A stretch of 64,000 nt of DNA from Flavobacteriaceae bacterium. Lineage in GTDB: Bacteria > Bacteroidota > Bacteroidia > Flavobacteriales > Flavobacteriaceae. Both the position numbers and the translations under genes were made by a program. Numbering within the stretch: position 1 is the first letter of the stretch; every line of letters starts with the position of its first letter. The stretch is taken from the NCBI GenBank assembly GCA_028279515.1, contig JANQNQ010000009.1:194429-258428 (forward strand), read 5' to 3'. The notes below the pieces were generated by a model. It was not told the DNA's origin. It did not search any database and saw only the letters and a program-made list of their open reading frames with translations. Shown one piece after another: positions 48,623-59,794 of the stretch.

Positions 48623-48803
48623 GTTTAGATGTTGATTTGTGTAATCGTTGATTCGCTCAAGGGAAATTTGGGCCAAAGCTAAACGAATGAACGCCTCAAC
48701 AGATAAACAAAAAAAGTATTGGTGAATTAGTGGCTACATAATCCTGAAACTAGAAACAAATTCTTTCTTTCACAACAATTTACTAAAGACTAACGACCAA
48801 AGA

Positions 48804-50276
48804 CTATTTTAAGGCTTCAGGAAACACATTCGGAATGAAGTCCCATATAACCGGCAAAGCGAAGTACGTGATCAGCACAATGATCAAGATTGAAATGATA
48901 TTCATCCAAATCCCAGCACGCACCATATCAGGAATCTTCAAGTAACCAGCACCAAAAACAATTGCGTTAGGTGGCGTTGCTACGGGAAGCATAAAGGCAC
49001 AAGAAGCAGCAAGGGTAGCTCCGACCATCAGTAAAAAAGGATGAACGTCCATCACCAGCGCCACAGGAACCAACACAGGGAGCAACATAGCAGTTGTCGC
49101 TAAGTTGGAAGTGATTTCGGTCAAGAAGTTCACAGCGGCGACCAATATCAGCAATAAAACGATCAGTGACACACCTTCGATCAATGTGATCTGTTGCCCG
49201 ATCCATTCAGCGAGACCCGACGTTCTGAAACCTTCAGCTAGGGCCAGTCCGCCACCAAAAAGCAGCAAGATCCCCCATGGTAGTTTTACGGCAGCCTTCC
49301 AGGTCATCAAGCGTTTGTTTTTCTGCTTGGTCGGAAGTAAAAACAGGACAAAAGCAGCAATCAGAGCGATGATGGTATCATCGATATTTGGCATTAGTTT
49401 TTGTAACAGGAAAGATCGTGAGATCCAAGCAAATGCGGTGAATGCAAAAACGCCCAACACCCATTTTTCTTCGTACGAGATCTTTCCGAGGGCAGACAAT
49501 TGTTTTTTGATTTCAGCTCTTCCGCCCGGAAATTCCTTTTGCTTAAAGGTAAAGGCAACCGTCACCAAATAACGCCAGCAGATAAAAAGGAGTAAGAGAG
49601 ATATAGGAAGACCAAATATGATCCATTTCGAAAAAGTAAGCTCAACGCCGTAGGATTCCTCAACGATTCCCGCTAAAATGATATTTGGAGGCGTCCCGAT
49701 CAAAGTGGCCATCCCGCCGATAGAAGCGCTGTAAGCAATAGCTAGCATAAGTGCTTTTCCAAAGATTTTATTTTCATCTTCAATCGTAGCCGGGTTATCT
49801 TTCAATTGAGAGATGATTGCCATACCGATTGGAAGCATCATAACCGCTGTGGCCGTGTTAGAGATCCACATACTTAAAAAGGCCGTAGCGACCATAAAAC
49901 CCAAAATGATTCGGCTTACGCTTGTGCCTATCAAATTGATAATGGATAACGCAATACGTTTATGAAGATTCCATCGTTCGATGGCGATAGCAAGAATAAA
50001 TCCGCCGATATAGAGAAATACATATTTATGTCCGAAAGAAGCTGTGGTAGCGCTGAGTTTCATAGCACCCGACAACGGAAATAGAATAATAGGCAACAAT
50101 GAGGTCATCGCTATCGGCAACACTTCCAAGATCCACCAAATGGCAACCCAAAGGGTAGTGGCCAACACAGCATTGGCCTCTTTGCTGAGTCCTTCTGGAT
50201 GAAAAAAGAATAGCACCAAAAAAAAGGCCGTTGGGCCTAAGAACAATCCGATTTTCTTTAGTTGGGTGTTTTGCAT
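48804..50276 (-). CDS. DASS/SLC13-family Na+-coupled anion symporter
   Basis: 490 aa with ~12 TM segments and duplicated SNTA-type hairpin motifs (WISNTATAVMMLPI; VATPPNAIVFG). Confidence 0.7.
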   Translation of the reverse strand: MQNTQLKKIGLFLGPTAFFLVLFFFHPEGLSKEANAVLATTLWVAIWWILEVLPIAMTSLLPIILFPLSGAMKLSATTASFGHKYVFLYIGGFILAIAIERWNLHKRIALSIINLIGTSVSRIILGFMVATAFLSMWISNTATAVMMLPIGMAIISQLKDNPATIEDENKIFGKALMLAIAYSASIGGMATLIGTPPNIILAGIVEESYGVELTFSKWIIFGLPISLLLLFICWRYLVTVAFTFKQKEFPGGRAEIKKQLSALGKISYEEKWVLGVFAFTAFAWISRSFLLQKLMPNIDDTIIALIAAFVLFLLPTKQKNKRLMTWKAAVKLPWGILLLFGGGLALAEGFRTSGLAEWIGQQITLIEGVSLIVLLLILVAAVNFLTEITSNLATTAMLLPVLVPVALVMDVHPFLLMVGATLAASCAFMLPVATPPNAIVFGAGYLKIPDMVRAGIWMNIISILIIVLITYFALPVIWDFIPNVFPEALK

Positions 50277-50325
50277 GTTACCAAAATACGATAAAAATTT
50301 TGGCGAACGAATATTCAGTTGAAGA

Positions 50326-51039
50326 TCAATTTTTAGAAAGACTACCTTCTCTTAAATATTGATAGTCCTCTAATTCACTTATGTTTTCAATTAGTTTGGT
50401 ACAGCCGTTCTTCAAAAGGTAGAGCGAGTCAGAACATGATAGGATATGTTCGTACATATGATCAGTAATGAGAATGGCTTTGTCCTTTTTCTCTTGGACA
50501 ATGACTTCCTTAAAAAGATTCACATAAATAGGAGCGATTTGAGAAAAGGGCTCGTCGAGCAGTACCAGTTTTGCTTTCGATTTTAAGATCAAGTAGGTTT
50601 CGATCACTCGTTGTTCTCCTCCAGACAGGTTACCAAATTTTATATTTGACTGCTTTTCAAACATTGCGAATGACGCTATAAATGAAGACCAAGAAACTCG
50701 AAAAAGCTCAAAGATCTTTATAACCGTAAGGTGGTGCGGAAGCCATGTTTCTTGAGGCAGCAGCTTGGCAATATCTTTCTTATAAAGAGGACTAGATTGT
50801 CTAATACCATCGATTTTGATCAATTTGTACTTTGGACTAAGCGAGCCGAAAATGATCTGAAGTAAACTACTTTTTCCACAACCGTTACGTCCTAAAATAC
50901 CCGTGACCGTTCCTGTTTCCAACTTTAGGTAGATGCCATTTAGTATTCTTGTTTCAGAATAGTTCAACTCTATGTTATCAATTTCGAATATCAAAACGCA
51001 AAAGATATAATGATGGTTAGACTTACAATCAAGAGGCAA
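50326..51039 (-). CDS. ABC transporter ATP-binding protein
   Basis: Walker A GRNGCGKSS, signature LSGGEQRV, Walker B LLDEPF. Confidence 0.75.
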   Translation of the reverse strand: MPLDCKSNHHYIFCVLIFEIDNIELNYSETRILNGIYLKLETGTVTGILGRNGCGKSSLLQIIFGSLSPKYKLIKIDGIRQSSPLYKKDIAKLLPQETWLPHHLTVIKIFELFRVSWSSFIASFAMFEKQSNIKFGNLSGGEQRVIETYLILKSKAKLVLLDEPFSQIAPIYVNLFKEVIVQEKKDKAILITDHMYEHILSCSDSLYLLKNGCTKLIENISELEDYQYLREGSLSKN

Positions 51040-51311
51040 TCGAGTAATATCATTCTCGAAAAAAGTGAGAATTCGCTGATTCCAAGATTTTTATAGAATA
51101 AAAAGGCTGCTGATCTCGGGGATAGTTTTTGGTATAATAAATAGAAACCATAAAACCCCAGTTTTAACCATAGAAAGGCCTTTCCAAGCGTATAGATTGA
51201 TTCGTTTATATCACTAATGGATGCTGCAAATGAAAGTAACAGAACAGCAAACAGGCCAGTCGGAAGAAAGAGCTGTTTGTACAAAACGAAAATACGCTTC
51301 CAAGTCATCAT
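50991..51311 (-). CDS. Small membrane protein upstream of the ABC ATPase
   Basis: 106 aa with 3 TM segments. Overlaps the ATPase gene. Confidence 0.35.
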   Translation of the reverse strand: MMTWKRIFVLYKQLFLPTGLFAVLLLSFAASISDINESIYTLGKAFLWLKLGFYGFYLLYQKLSPRSAAFLFYKNLGISEFSLFSRMILLDCLLIVSLTIIISFAF

Positions 51312-51339
51312 AAGATGAAAGTAGTATTTTTTTACAATA

Positions 51340-51867
51340 TCATAAGGAGTTTAACCTTTTGTTGGGATTTATTTTTTCGATGTTCGCCTTGTCCCCAAAC
51401 TTCTCCAACAACAACTTTAATTTCGGTGCGATATAGGTCTCGCAAAAAGGTTTGTTCGGGTTGTTGTAATAATAATTGGTGATTTGTTCTCTAGAGGGTT
51501 TGAACCTGTCAAAAGGCAGTATTTCTGTGACCAATTTCTTTTCGAATTCTAATTGTAAAGTATCTAAATACTTTGCAATTTGTAGCTTCTGAGCTTCATC
51601 AAAATAATATACCGCCGAACGATATTTAGAACGCATGCTGTGGTCGCTGGTACTCTTGTGGGTATAAAGATGAATTTGAATAAGCTCGAACAAGTTGATG
51701 CTATTGGTGTCAAAATGAACGATGACGGCTTCAGAAAAAGTGTCATTTTCATCTGTTGATGCTACCCAGCCTTGCTCTACTTTTGCAACGCCCATGAGCG
51801 ATTGAAACACGGCTTCTGTACACCAATGGCACCCACCGCCCAATGCGATTTTTGAGATTTTATTCAC
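51340..51867 (-). CDS. msrA: Peptide methionine sulfoxide reductase MsrA
   Basis: The GGGCHWCTEAVF active-site motif corresponds to GCFWC. 175 aa. Confidence 0.85.
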   Translation of the reverse strand: MNKISKIALGGGCHWCTEAVFQSLMGVAKVEQGWVASTDENDTFSEAVIVHFDTNSINLFELIQIHLYTHKSTSDHSMRSKYRSAVYYFDEAQKLQIAKYLDTLQLEFEKKLVTEILPFDRFKPSREQITNYYYNNPNKPFCETYIAPKLKLLLEKFGDKANIEKINPNKRLNSL

Positions 51868-51989
51868 AGCGTAAAGATACTAAGACTTCCATATAACTAT
51901 TGAAATTAGTAAACGCTGAAACCACAACCTTACAGTATTTAAATCTCAAATTAAAATCGTAAATTTGGCCTTCGGAAAATTGAGCGTAG

Positions 51990-53066
51990 ATGTTAGATAA
52001 ATTAAATATAGTTAAGCAGCGTTTTGATGAGGTTTCGGACCTTATCATACAACCTGACATTATTGCCGATCAAAAGCGATATGTGCAGCTTAACAGAGAA
52101 TATAAAGACCTAAAAGAACTTGTTGACAAGCGTGAAGTATACAAAACGCTCGTCGATAATATTGCCGAAGCCGAAGAGATCATCGCCGACGGTAGCGATG
52201 CTGAAATGGTTGAGATGGCCAAGATGCAGTTAGAAGAGGCCAAAGAAGAATTGCCGCCATTGGAGGAAGAGATCAAATTCATGTTGATTCCGAAAGATCC
52301 TGAAGATGCGAAGAATGTTGTGATGGAAATCCGCGCAGGAACGGGAGGTGATGAAGCCAGTATCTTTGCTGGAGATTTGCAACGTATGTACACCAAATAC
52401 TGTGAAGGCAAAGGGTGGAAAGTAAACGTCGTTGACTTTAATGAAGGAACTGCAGGCGGATTTAAAGAGATCATTTTCGAAGTCAATGGAGAAGATGTCT
52501 ACGGAACCTTGAAGTTTGAAGCAGGTGTACACCGTGTGCAACGCGTACCACAGACAGAAACACAAGGTCGCGTACATACATCGGCGGCTACCGTAATCGT
52601 ACTTCCGGAAGCTGAGGAGTTTGATGTTGAGCTAAACATGTCTGATGTGCGTATCGAGCGTACCACATCAACAGGGCCTGGAGGACAGTCGGTAAACACG
52701 ACCTATTCGGCGATTAAGCTACACCACGAACCTACCGGTTTGATCGTAAGCTGTCAGGATGAAAAGTCGCAGCACAAGAACTTAGAAAAAGCGATTAAGG
52801 TATTGCGTTCGCGATTGTATGAAAGAGAGCTCGCTAAGAAGCAGGCAGCCGATTCTGAAAAGCGTAAGAGTATGGTGAGCTCAGGAGACCGAAGCGCGAA
52901 GATTCGTACCTATAATTATCCGCAAGGACGTGTGACCGATCACCGCATCGGACTCACCTTATACGATCTGCAGAACATCATAAACGGAGATATTCAAAAA
53001 ATCATCGACGAACTGATGTTGGCAGAAAACACAGAGAAACTAAAAGAAGCTAGTGAGCTGATTTAA
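51990..53066 (+). CDS. prfA: Peptide chain release factor 1
   Basis: GGQ motif ([12 protein letters not shown]). RF1-type PxT tripeptide ([14 protein letters not shown]). 358 aa, with no frameshift site. Confidence 0.75.
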   Translation: MLDKLNIVKQRFDEVSDLIIQPDIIADQKRYVQLNREYKDLKELVDKREVYKTLVDNIAEAEEIIADGSDAEMVEMAKMQLEEAKEELPPLEEEIKFMLIPKDPEDAKNVVMEIRAGTGGDEASIFAGDLQRMYTKYCEGKGWKVNVVDFNEGTAGGFKEIIFEVNGEDVYGTLKFEAGVHRVQRVPQTETQGRVHTSAATVIVLPEAEEFDVELNMSDVRIERTTSTGPGGQSVNTTYSAIKLHHEPTGLIVSCQDEKSQHKNLEKAIKVLRSRLYERELAKKQAADSEKRKSMVSSGDRSAKIRTYNYPQGRVTDHRIGLTLYDLQNIINGDIQKIIDELMLAENTEKLKEASELI

Positions 53067-53071
53067 TACCA

Positions 53072-53098
53072 ATTCCCGCAAAAGCGGGAATCTTTTTA
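53072..53098 (+). terminator. Rho-independent terminator after prfA
   Basis: ATTCCCGC-AAAA-GCGGGAAT followed by CTTTTTAT. Confidence 0.7.
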
Positions 53099-53139
53099 TA
53101 AGGAAATTAGGTTTGCCAAGAACTAACAACTAACAACTA

Positions 53140-53952
53140 ATGACTACAGAAAAGCTCGTTGAGCAAATCCGAAAAAAGAAATCTTTTCTATGCATCGGCC
53201 TTGATGTTGACCTTAATAAGATTCCGCAACATTTGCTGGAAACCGAAGACCCTATCTTCGAATTCAATAAGGCCATCATTGATACGACGCATCATTTGGC
53301 AGTGGCTTACAAGCCAAACACTGCCTTTTATGAAGCTTACGGACTCAAAGGCTGGAGGTCGCTAGCCCGAACCATCGAATACATAAACGAGAAGCATCCA
53401 GAGATTTTTACCATAGCCGACGCAAAGCGTGGAGATATTGGTAATACCTCTACCATGTATGCCAAAGCATTCTTCGAAGATCTAAACTTTGATTCTGTGA
53501 CTGTGGCGCCTTATATGGGAAAGGATTCTGTAGAGCCATTCTTGGAATTTGAAAACAGACACGCCATTTTATTGGCACTGACCTCAAATCAAGGAGCGTT
53601 TGATTTTCAGACGAAGAAAGTAGAAGAGATTGCTTTATACAAACAAGTGTTAAGAACGTCTACTACTTGGAAGAACAGCCAAAACCTCATGTACGTTGTA
53701 GGAGCCACCAAAGCCGAATTTCTAGGCGAGATTCGTGAGATCATCCCAGAGAGTTTTCTATTAGTACCTGGTGTTGGCGCTCAAGGCGGAAGCTTGGAAG
53801 AGGTGTGCAAATACGGAATGACCGACAACATCGGACTCCTTATCAATTCTTCCAGAGGAATTATCTATGCTTCCAAAGATGCTGATTTTGCGCAAGCAGC
53901 AGCTCGTAAAGCTGAAGCGCTACAGCAGCAAATGGAAGCGGTGATGTCATAG
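53140..53952 (+). CDS. pyrF: Orotidine 5'-phosphate decarboxylase (type 2)
   Basis: [14 protein letters not shown] and [12 protein letters not shown] motifs. 270 aa. Confidence 0.8.
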   Translation: MTTEKLVEQIRKKKSFLCIGLDVDLNKIPQHLLETEDPIFEFNKAIIDTTHHLAVAYKPNTAFYEAYGLKGWRSLARTIEYINEKHPEIFTIADAKRGDIGNTSTMYAKAFFEDLNFDSVTVAPYMGKDSVEPFLEFENRHAILLALTSNQGAFDFQTKKVEEIALYKQVLRTSTTWKNSQNLMYVVGATKAEFLGEIREIIPESFLLVPGVGAQGGSLEEVCKYGMTDNIGLLINSSRGIIYASKDADFAQAAARKAEALQQQMEAVMS

Positions 53953-53961
53953 TTCTCTACC

Positions 53962-54780
53962 ATGGATTTCGTGATTACTTTACAGGATCAACTTCTCAGA
54001 ACGCTTCGGCTTAGCGAATCGCCCAAGCGAATTGTTTCGCTTGTACCGAGTCAGACCGAATTGCTTTATGATCTTGGCTTAGCCGAAAAGATCGTTGGAA
54101 TCACGAAATTCTGCGTGCATCCCTTCCACCTAAAACCTACAAAAACAATTGTTGGCGGAACCAAGAAGGTAAAGTACGATAAGATCGAAGCGCTACAACC
54201 GGATATTATTCTTTGTAATAAGGAAGAGAACACCAAAGAGATCGTGGAGACCCTAGAAAAGATTGCTCCGGTGCATGTTTCTGATGTGAAGACCGTTGAA
54301 GATTCAGTCGAGATGATCGAGCAGTACGGGGTGTTGTTCAATTACCGAACTGAGGCGTTAAAGATCATTCAGAAGATACGATTTGGTCATGATGATTTCA
54401 AAAGCTTCATGCAAGGACGACCACCACGAAAGTGTGCCTATTTCATTTGGCGAGACCCTTGGATGGTAGCCGGTGACGACACTTTTATCGATTACTTACT
54501 GCAACTAAATCATTTTGAAAATATCTACGCTGAAAAAGGGCGTTACCCTGAAATTGAATTAAAAAAGATTCGTTTGGAAGGGGACCCAGAATTGGTGCTT
54601 TTCTCTTCAGAACCCTATCCTTTTAAGGATGAGCATGCCTTTGAAGTAGGACGATTTACGCACCATGGAAAGGTAGTTTTTGTTGATGGGGAAATGTTCT
54701 CATGGTATGGGTCGCGATTGACCAAAGCGTTCGACTATTTTAAACAGCTTCAGCTTCGGTTAGCCGAACAAGATCAATAA
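53962..54780 (+). CDS. Periplasmic substrate-binding protein (TroA/BtuF-like cluster A) of an ABC transporter
   Basis: IVSLVPSQTELLYDLGL...IVG and DIILCN segments are typical of metal/cobalamin binding proteins. Confidence 0.5.
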   Translation: MDFVITLQDQLLRTLRLSESPKRIVSLVPSQTELLYDLGLAEKIVGITKFCVHPFHLKPTKTIVGGTKKVKYDKIEALQPDIILCNKEENTKEIVETLEKIAPVHVSDVKTVEDSVEMIEQYGVLFNYRTEALKIIQKIRFGHDDFKSFMQGRPPRKCAYFIWRDPWMVAGDDTFIDYLLQLNHFENIYAEKGRYPEIELKKIRLEGDPELVLFSSEPYPFKDEHAFEVGRFTHHGKVVFVDGEMFSWYGSRLTKAFDYFKQLQLRLAEQDQ

Positions 54781-54785
54781 AATTG

Positions 54786-54818
54786 AAAAGGCCAGAAGTA
54801 ATTGCTTTCTGGCCTTTT
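54786..54818. terminator. Bidirectional terminator between convergent genes
   Basis: AAAA GGCCAGAA-GTAATTGCT-TTCTGGCC TTTT. Confidence 0.7.
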
Positions 54819-54893
54819 CCTTCCTATAAAAAGGAAGCGTCAATTGGTTTGAAAAGAATTGGCCACCCTTGATCGAACAACCAATATTGTCTC

Positions 54894-56303
54894 CTAGAAA
54901 TTTCCTGGATTTTGAGTGATGTTCGGATTGTTGGTCGTCTCATCATCCGGAATCGGAAATATCACTTTATTAGCACCTGGAGCAGAATCTGCTCCACCAC
55001 CCGGGCGTAAATTTTCGTTGTTTCTCAACAGGTCAATTCTGCGATGTCCTTCAAAACAGAGCTCTTTTCTTCGCTCCAGAAGAATGGCATCGAGGTCAAC
55101 ACTTACCAGATTAGAAAGTCCGGCACGTGTACGCAGTGCATTGATATCATTTACTGGTGTATCTCCTGTTGAAGTGCCTCCGCGTAAATTGGCTTCAGCA
55201 CGAATCAAGTACATTTCGGTGACACGTAGCACCATTCCGTCAGAAGCATTGTTTACAACATCTGGGTACTTGGTGGTAAAGAACGTATTGTTTCCAGCGG
55301 CATCTGTAGCTGCCACCGAAAGATCGTCAAAACGACCGTCACCAGCTTCTGCAGCGAAAGTGTCTATTAGATCCTGACTAAACGGAGCATCACCACGTCC
55401 GCCTGGAGCGGCATTGTAGAAGTTCACATACACTTCATCTGAGCCAGCAGGTTCTTGCGGACCATCAGTAGGGGTATTTACAATTACGAATACATGCTCG
55501 CTAGACGTTGGGTTATCGTCGTAAAAATCATAATTAGTAGCCAACGAGTATTCAGGAGATGCGATCACCTGGTTGGCAAAATCAGCCGCTGCGCTCCACT
55601 CTTCACGGTACAAATACAATCTTGCTAGCAAGGCTCTGGCTGCGCCGACTTCGGCTCTAGCACCATTGCTAACTGGAAGATCCGGAATCGCTTCGAGTAG
55701 ATCTTGCTCGACTTGGTTATGCACCTCGTTTACCGTAGATCTTTCTAGCTGAAACTCGGCAATGCTTCCACCTTCAAAAGGTTCTAGAACCAAGGGCACA
55801 CCGAGATTGGTTCCCGAAGAGAATTGATACGGTTGTGCGAATAAGTTCACCAAGTGGAAATGTGTCCAAGCTCTTACAAATTTAGCTTCGGCAATAAATT
55901 GCGCCTTTTCGGCATCACTCAATTCTGGAATGTTCACATCTGGAAGTCTTTTGATCAAAAGATTGGCAGCTCCAATGGCTTCGTAACCGTCTAACCAAAT
56001 GTTGTCAACAGAGGTGTTTGTAGCCAATGTCTGAAACTGATCAACTTCTTGCAAAGACGGAAAGCTTCCTACAAAGTTTACATTGTCTGACATGAAATCA
56101 GACATGAGTTGTGACATTCCGTTAAGGTCTCCACTTTGCAGTTTACTGTACAGACCCACCACGGCTCCTTCAATCGTAGGCTTGCTGTTAAAGATCGTGT
56201 TAGAGGCCACATTGTCCTCTGGCGAAACGTCCAACTTGTCTTCGCAAGCTGTGAATACCACGAATAACAGACTTAATATAATAGGTAACTTAAATGTTTT
56301 CAT
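54894..56303 (-). CDS. susD: SusD/RagB-family nutrient-binding outer-membrane lipoprotein
   Basis: Lipoprotein signal (FTACEDK). TPR-like helical content. Immediately downstream of the SusC-like gene. 469 aa. Confidence 0.8.
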   Translation of the reverse strand: MKTFKLPIILSLLFVVFTACEDKLDVSPEDNVASNTIFNSKPTIEGAVVGLYSKLQSGDLNGMSQLMSDFMSDNVNFVGSFPSLQEVDQFQTLATNTSVDNIWLDGYEAIGAANLLIKRLPDVNIPELSDAEKAQFIAEAKFVRAWTHFHLVNLFAQPYQFSSGTNLGVPLVLEPFEGGSIAEFQLERSTVNEVHNQVEQDLLEAIPDLPVSNGARAEVGAARALLARLYLYREEWSAAADFANQVIASPEYSLATNYDFYDDNPTSSEHVFVIVNTPTDGPQEPAGSDEVYVNFYNAAPGGRGDAPFSQDLIDTFAAEAGDGRFDDLSVAATDAAGNNTFFTTKYPDVVNNASDGMVLRVTEMYLIRAEANLRGGTSTGDTPVNDINALRTRAGLSNLVSVDLDAILLERRKELCFEGHRRIDLLRNNENLRPGGGADSAPGANKVIFPIPDDETTNNPNITQNPGNF

Positions 56304-56319
56304 CGTTATAGTTTTTAAA

Positions 56320-59300
56320 TTATAGTGATACTCTTAGTCCAAAAAGGAATGACTTTGACTGCGGTGCTGTAAAGAACGTTTCTCCTTGAAATAATGGGTC
56401 TATATCATCGGTTACCTCAGGATCGATTCCTCTTAGGTCATCTGCTTTGATCGTAAATAGATTCGTTGCTGTGGCATAGATGCGAACTCCAGAAATGAAG
56501 CGTAATTTTTCAAGCGTCTCTTGCGGTAAGGTATACCCTATAGTGACGTTTTTCATTCTCAAATATGAGGCGTCAAACATTTGTGCGGTAGAACGCTGAT
56601 TGTACAAATTGAATGTTGAACTTGTTGGGCTTGGTAAAAAGGCATTGTCGCCTGGTGCTCTCCAAAAGTTCAGGTTTTGACGTCTGATGTTCACAATACC
56701 TCCAATGGCGTCATTACCATCAGCAAAACGAAGTCCGTCAACAACGATATCGTTTCCGTAGCTATAATTCATTAAGAATGAAAGATCAAAATTCTTATAT
56801 CTGATGGTGTTGGTCATACCTCCTGAAAAATCAGGTAGCGGACTACCAACAACGACTCTATCACCACTACCGGGATTGTTCGTAATGTTTCCGTTGGCAT
56901 CTAGCCATTCAGCATCTCCCGTTTGTGAGTTTACACCAACATATCGAATCAAGTAAAAGTTGTTAAGTGATTCGCCTTCAATGGCACGCTGAATGGCTCC
57001 ATCAATAATACGCCTTCCTTGCGGGTCCGTAGCGGCATCTTCATTCAGTTTGTTGACACGGTTGTCAATAAACGAGATGTTGAAGCTGGTATCCCACTGA
57101 AAATCCTCAGTACGGATGTTTTTGGTGTTCAAGTCAAATTCCCATCCGGTATTTTGCATTTCTCCGATGTTTCGGCTGATCGAGGCAAAACCTGTTTGTG
57201 GAGGCAATACCTGATTCAGTAATAGGTCGCTGGTCACTTTCTTAAAGTAGTTAGCGTTGAAAGAAATACGTCCATCCAAGAAGGTAGAACGAATACCGAT
57301 ATCAAACGTTCTACTCTCTTCCCACTTGAGGTCTGGATTTGACGGCTGATTAGGAATCACACCTGATTGTCCGTTATAATCACCGATGGCACCGGCAGCA
57401 AACAGTCCGAGTGAAGGGAAGGTCCCGATACGGTCGTTACCCACCGTACCCAAACTAGCACGAATAGATAAGTAATTGAAGAAATCAAGGTCTTTGACGA
57501 ATCCTTCTTCAGAAAGTACCCAACCAGCCGCTACCGACCAGAAGTTACCAAATCGATTGTTGACACCGAAACGTGATGATCCATCACGTCTAAAGGATCC
57601 TTCAAGAATATACTTGCCATCATAGTCGTACGAAACTCTAGAAAAGAGCCCGTATAAACGCGTTGGAAATCTATCCCCGTTAAGAATGGTAGGGGTAGAA
57701 CCCGAACCAAGATTACGAAGGTCGTCGGTCAAGAATCCTGTAGCAGACACGTTAGAACGTGTTCTAAGGGTTTCTTCGTAGTTAAGACCCGCGGTGATGC
57801 CCAAGGTATGCTTATCGGCAATAACAGTGTTGTATTTCAATATCTGATTGGTCAACCATCGGTCTTCATGTATAATAACCTGTTGTGCGACTCCTCCTGG
57901 AGCATTGAATTCTGCGTTTCTCAGGAATTCTTCCAGTTGAAGTTTATCTACACCAAATTCAGATCTAAAGACCAGTCCTTTGAATATTTCAGCCTCTAAA
58001 AAGGTGTTCCCAATAAGCCTGAAGGTTTTCAGCTCATCAGTGTCCAGAGCAACGCGAGCAAAGATATTTGGGATGAAAGACCCTGATTGGGCAAAATTAC
58101 CATCTGCATCGAATGCTGGAACTATTGGGCTTTGTAAGAAAGCCGTTGTAAAAGGAGCATTGATACTATTCTCAACAGCAACTCTGTTTAGGCGCGTGTT
58201 GGTGGCGCTCAAGTTCATTCCAAGTTTGAGCCAATCTTTAGCCTGCGACTCAATGTTAACACGAGCCGATGCCTTTTCGAGATCGTTGCCAATAATAAAC
58301 CCTTGAGCATTTTGATAATCTGCTCCGAAGAAATATGATGTTTTTTCACCGCCACCTCGAACACCGAGATTGTAATTGGTGGTAATACCTGTGCGTTGTA
58401 CACCATTTAACCAATCAGTTCCTGGATCTCCAATAGAACCAAGACCAAGTGATTCTGGTGTTACTGTCGACCCTTGTTGTATAGAGGCGACTTCAGCTTT
58501 AAATTGTCTAAACTGATCTGCCGTAAGAATCTCAGGTACGTCGGTCGATTCACTGAACTGCGTGTTCACGTCAAAGGTGACCGTGGCTGTTTGATTTTTG
58601 CGCCCTTTTTTAGTCGTTATCAAGATAACCCCATTAGCACCTCGTGATCCATAGATCGAGGTAGCACCAGCATCCTTCAATACCGTGAAGGATTCGATGT
58701 CGTTTGCATTTACATACGACAGTGGGTTAATACCTGTGTTACCACCTCGAAGTAAGGTGTTGTCAGTATCAGTTAGCGGAACACCGTCAATCACAATTAA
58801 CGGTTGGCTACCTGCATTGATGGAGTTAACACCACGAACACGAATCACTGCTGCCGAGCCCAAGACGCCCGAAGCATTTACTACTTGCGTTCCTGAAGAC
58901 TGTCCTTGCAATAATTGGTCTGGCGAGGTGGCCACTAAATTTTCGAGCGCCTCTTCTTTTACAACGGCTACATTCTGAATGATCTTTCGCTGTACTTGAT
59001 TACCATATCCAACTACGACAACCTCTTCCAAAGCTTCGGTATCTTCTTGCATTTGGATGTTCACAATGGTGTCGGCTGCTGCAATGACACGTTCTACTGT
59101 AGAAAAACCAAGGTAACTAAAAACCAAGGTTTGACCGTCGGAGACGTTTAGGGAGTAGTTTCCGTCAAAATCGGTTTGGGTTCCAGTAGTGGTCCCTTTG
59201 ATAATGACGTTAACTCCAGGTAGCGGCAGGCCGGCTTGGTCTGTCACAACTCCGGAGACATTTTTCTGTTGTGCGAAAGCGAAGCTTACACTGCCTATGA

Positions 59301-59334
59301 GCAGTAAAAGCAACATAAGACTTTTTAATTTCAT
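56320..59334 (-). CDS. susC: SusC/RagA-family TonB-dependent outer-membrane transporter
   Basis: Signal peptide MKLKSLMLLLLLIGSVSFAFAQ (ATG at 59334). CarboxypepD_reg-like N-domain, plug, and C-terminal barrel ending ...FLFGLRVSL. Confidence 0.85.
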   Translation of the reverse strand: MKLKSLMLLLLLIGSVSFAFAQQKNVSGVVTDQAGLPLPGVNVIIKGTTTGTQTDFDGNYSLNVSDGQTLVFSYLGFSTVERVIAAADTIVNIQMQEDTEALEEVVVVGYGNQVQRKIIQNVAVVKEEALENLVATSPDQLLQGQSSGTQVVNASGVLGSAAVIRVRGVNSINAGSQPLIVIDGVPLTDTDNTLLRGGNTGINPLSYVNANDIESFTVLKDAGATSIYGSRGANGVILITTKKGRKNQTATVTFDVNTQFSESTDVPEILTADQFRQFKAEVASIQQGSTVTPESLGLGSIGDPGTDWLNGVQRTGITTNYNLGVRGGGEKTSYFFGADYQNAQGFIIGNDLEKASARVNIESQAKDWLKLGMNLSATNTRLNRVAVENSINAPFTTAFLQSPIVPAFDADGNFAQSGSFIPNIFARVALDTDELKTFRLIGNTFLEAEIFKGLVFRSEFGVDKLQLEEFLRNAEFNAPGGVAQQVIIHEDRWLTNQILKYNTVIADKHTLGITAGLNYEETLRTRSNVSATGFLTDDLRNLGSGSTPTILNGDRFPTRLYGLFSRVSYDYDGKYILEGSFRRDGSSRFGVNNRFGNFWSVAAGWVLSEEGFVKDLDFFNYLSIRASLGTVGNDRIGTFPSLGLFAAGAIGDYNGQSGVIPNQPSNPDLKWEESRTFDIGIRSTFLDGRISFNANYFKKVTSDLLLNQVLPPQTGFASISRNIGEMQNTGWEFDLNTKNIRTEDFQWDTSFNISFIDNRVNKLNEDAATDPQGRRIIDGAIQRAIEGESLNNFYLIRYVGVNSQTGDAEWLDANGNITNNPGSGDRVVVGSPLPDFSGGMTNTIRYKNFDLSFLMNYSYGNDIVVDGLRFADGNDAIGGIVNIRRQNLNFWRAPGDNAFLPSPTSSTFNLYNQRSTAQMFDASYLRMKNVTIGYTLPQETLEKLRFISGVRIYATATNLFTIKADDLRGIDPEVTDDIDPLFQGETFFTAPQSKSFLFGLRVSL

Positions 59335-59794
59335 AAACGAATAATTTGAATTTGTTGTGTCTATCTTAAAGGAGATAGTGAACCTATTGCCACAATTGGA
59401 AAGAAGGCAGGATGTAAAGTTTTTGATAGCTAATTCAAACAAATACTTCTTAAAAAATTGAGATCAAAGTTTAATGGTTTTTTAAGGAAGTAAAGACGTA
59501 TTTACCCCCTGCCTTGGTTGCAATTGCAGGAAAAAAGTAAGTCCAATCGCAGTGAATTCGGGTAATGCCTACAATAGTTTACTTTGCCGAAAAAGGTTTA
59601 CTTCTAATTTCCTTTAACAAATTTTACCCCAACAGTATTGAAGCTGTTAAAATGCTGTGAAAGGCTTGTTAAATTGAAACGAGGGTTAGGCTTTGCACTT
59701 ATTAGTTGTTACAAGCCACCAAGTATTGAGCATAAAAAATGGAGCATAACCATATGAGGTCATACTCCATCTAAGGTATAGCTTGGGGGCCTAC

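Noticed and set aside
51990-53066. Release factor 2 with a programmed +1 frameshift
   Set aside because: The protein carries a PxT (PQT) tripeptide rather than SPF, and has a single uninterrupted frame. It is RF1 (prfA), not prfB.
59335-59442. Upstream extension of the SusC ORF (MFELAIKNF...)
   Set aside because: A signal peptide begins at the internal Met (ATG at 59334). The extension has no function-consistent sequence.
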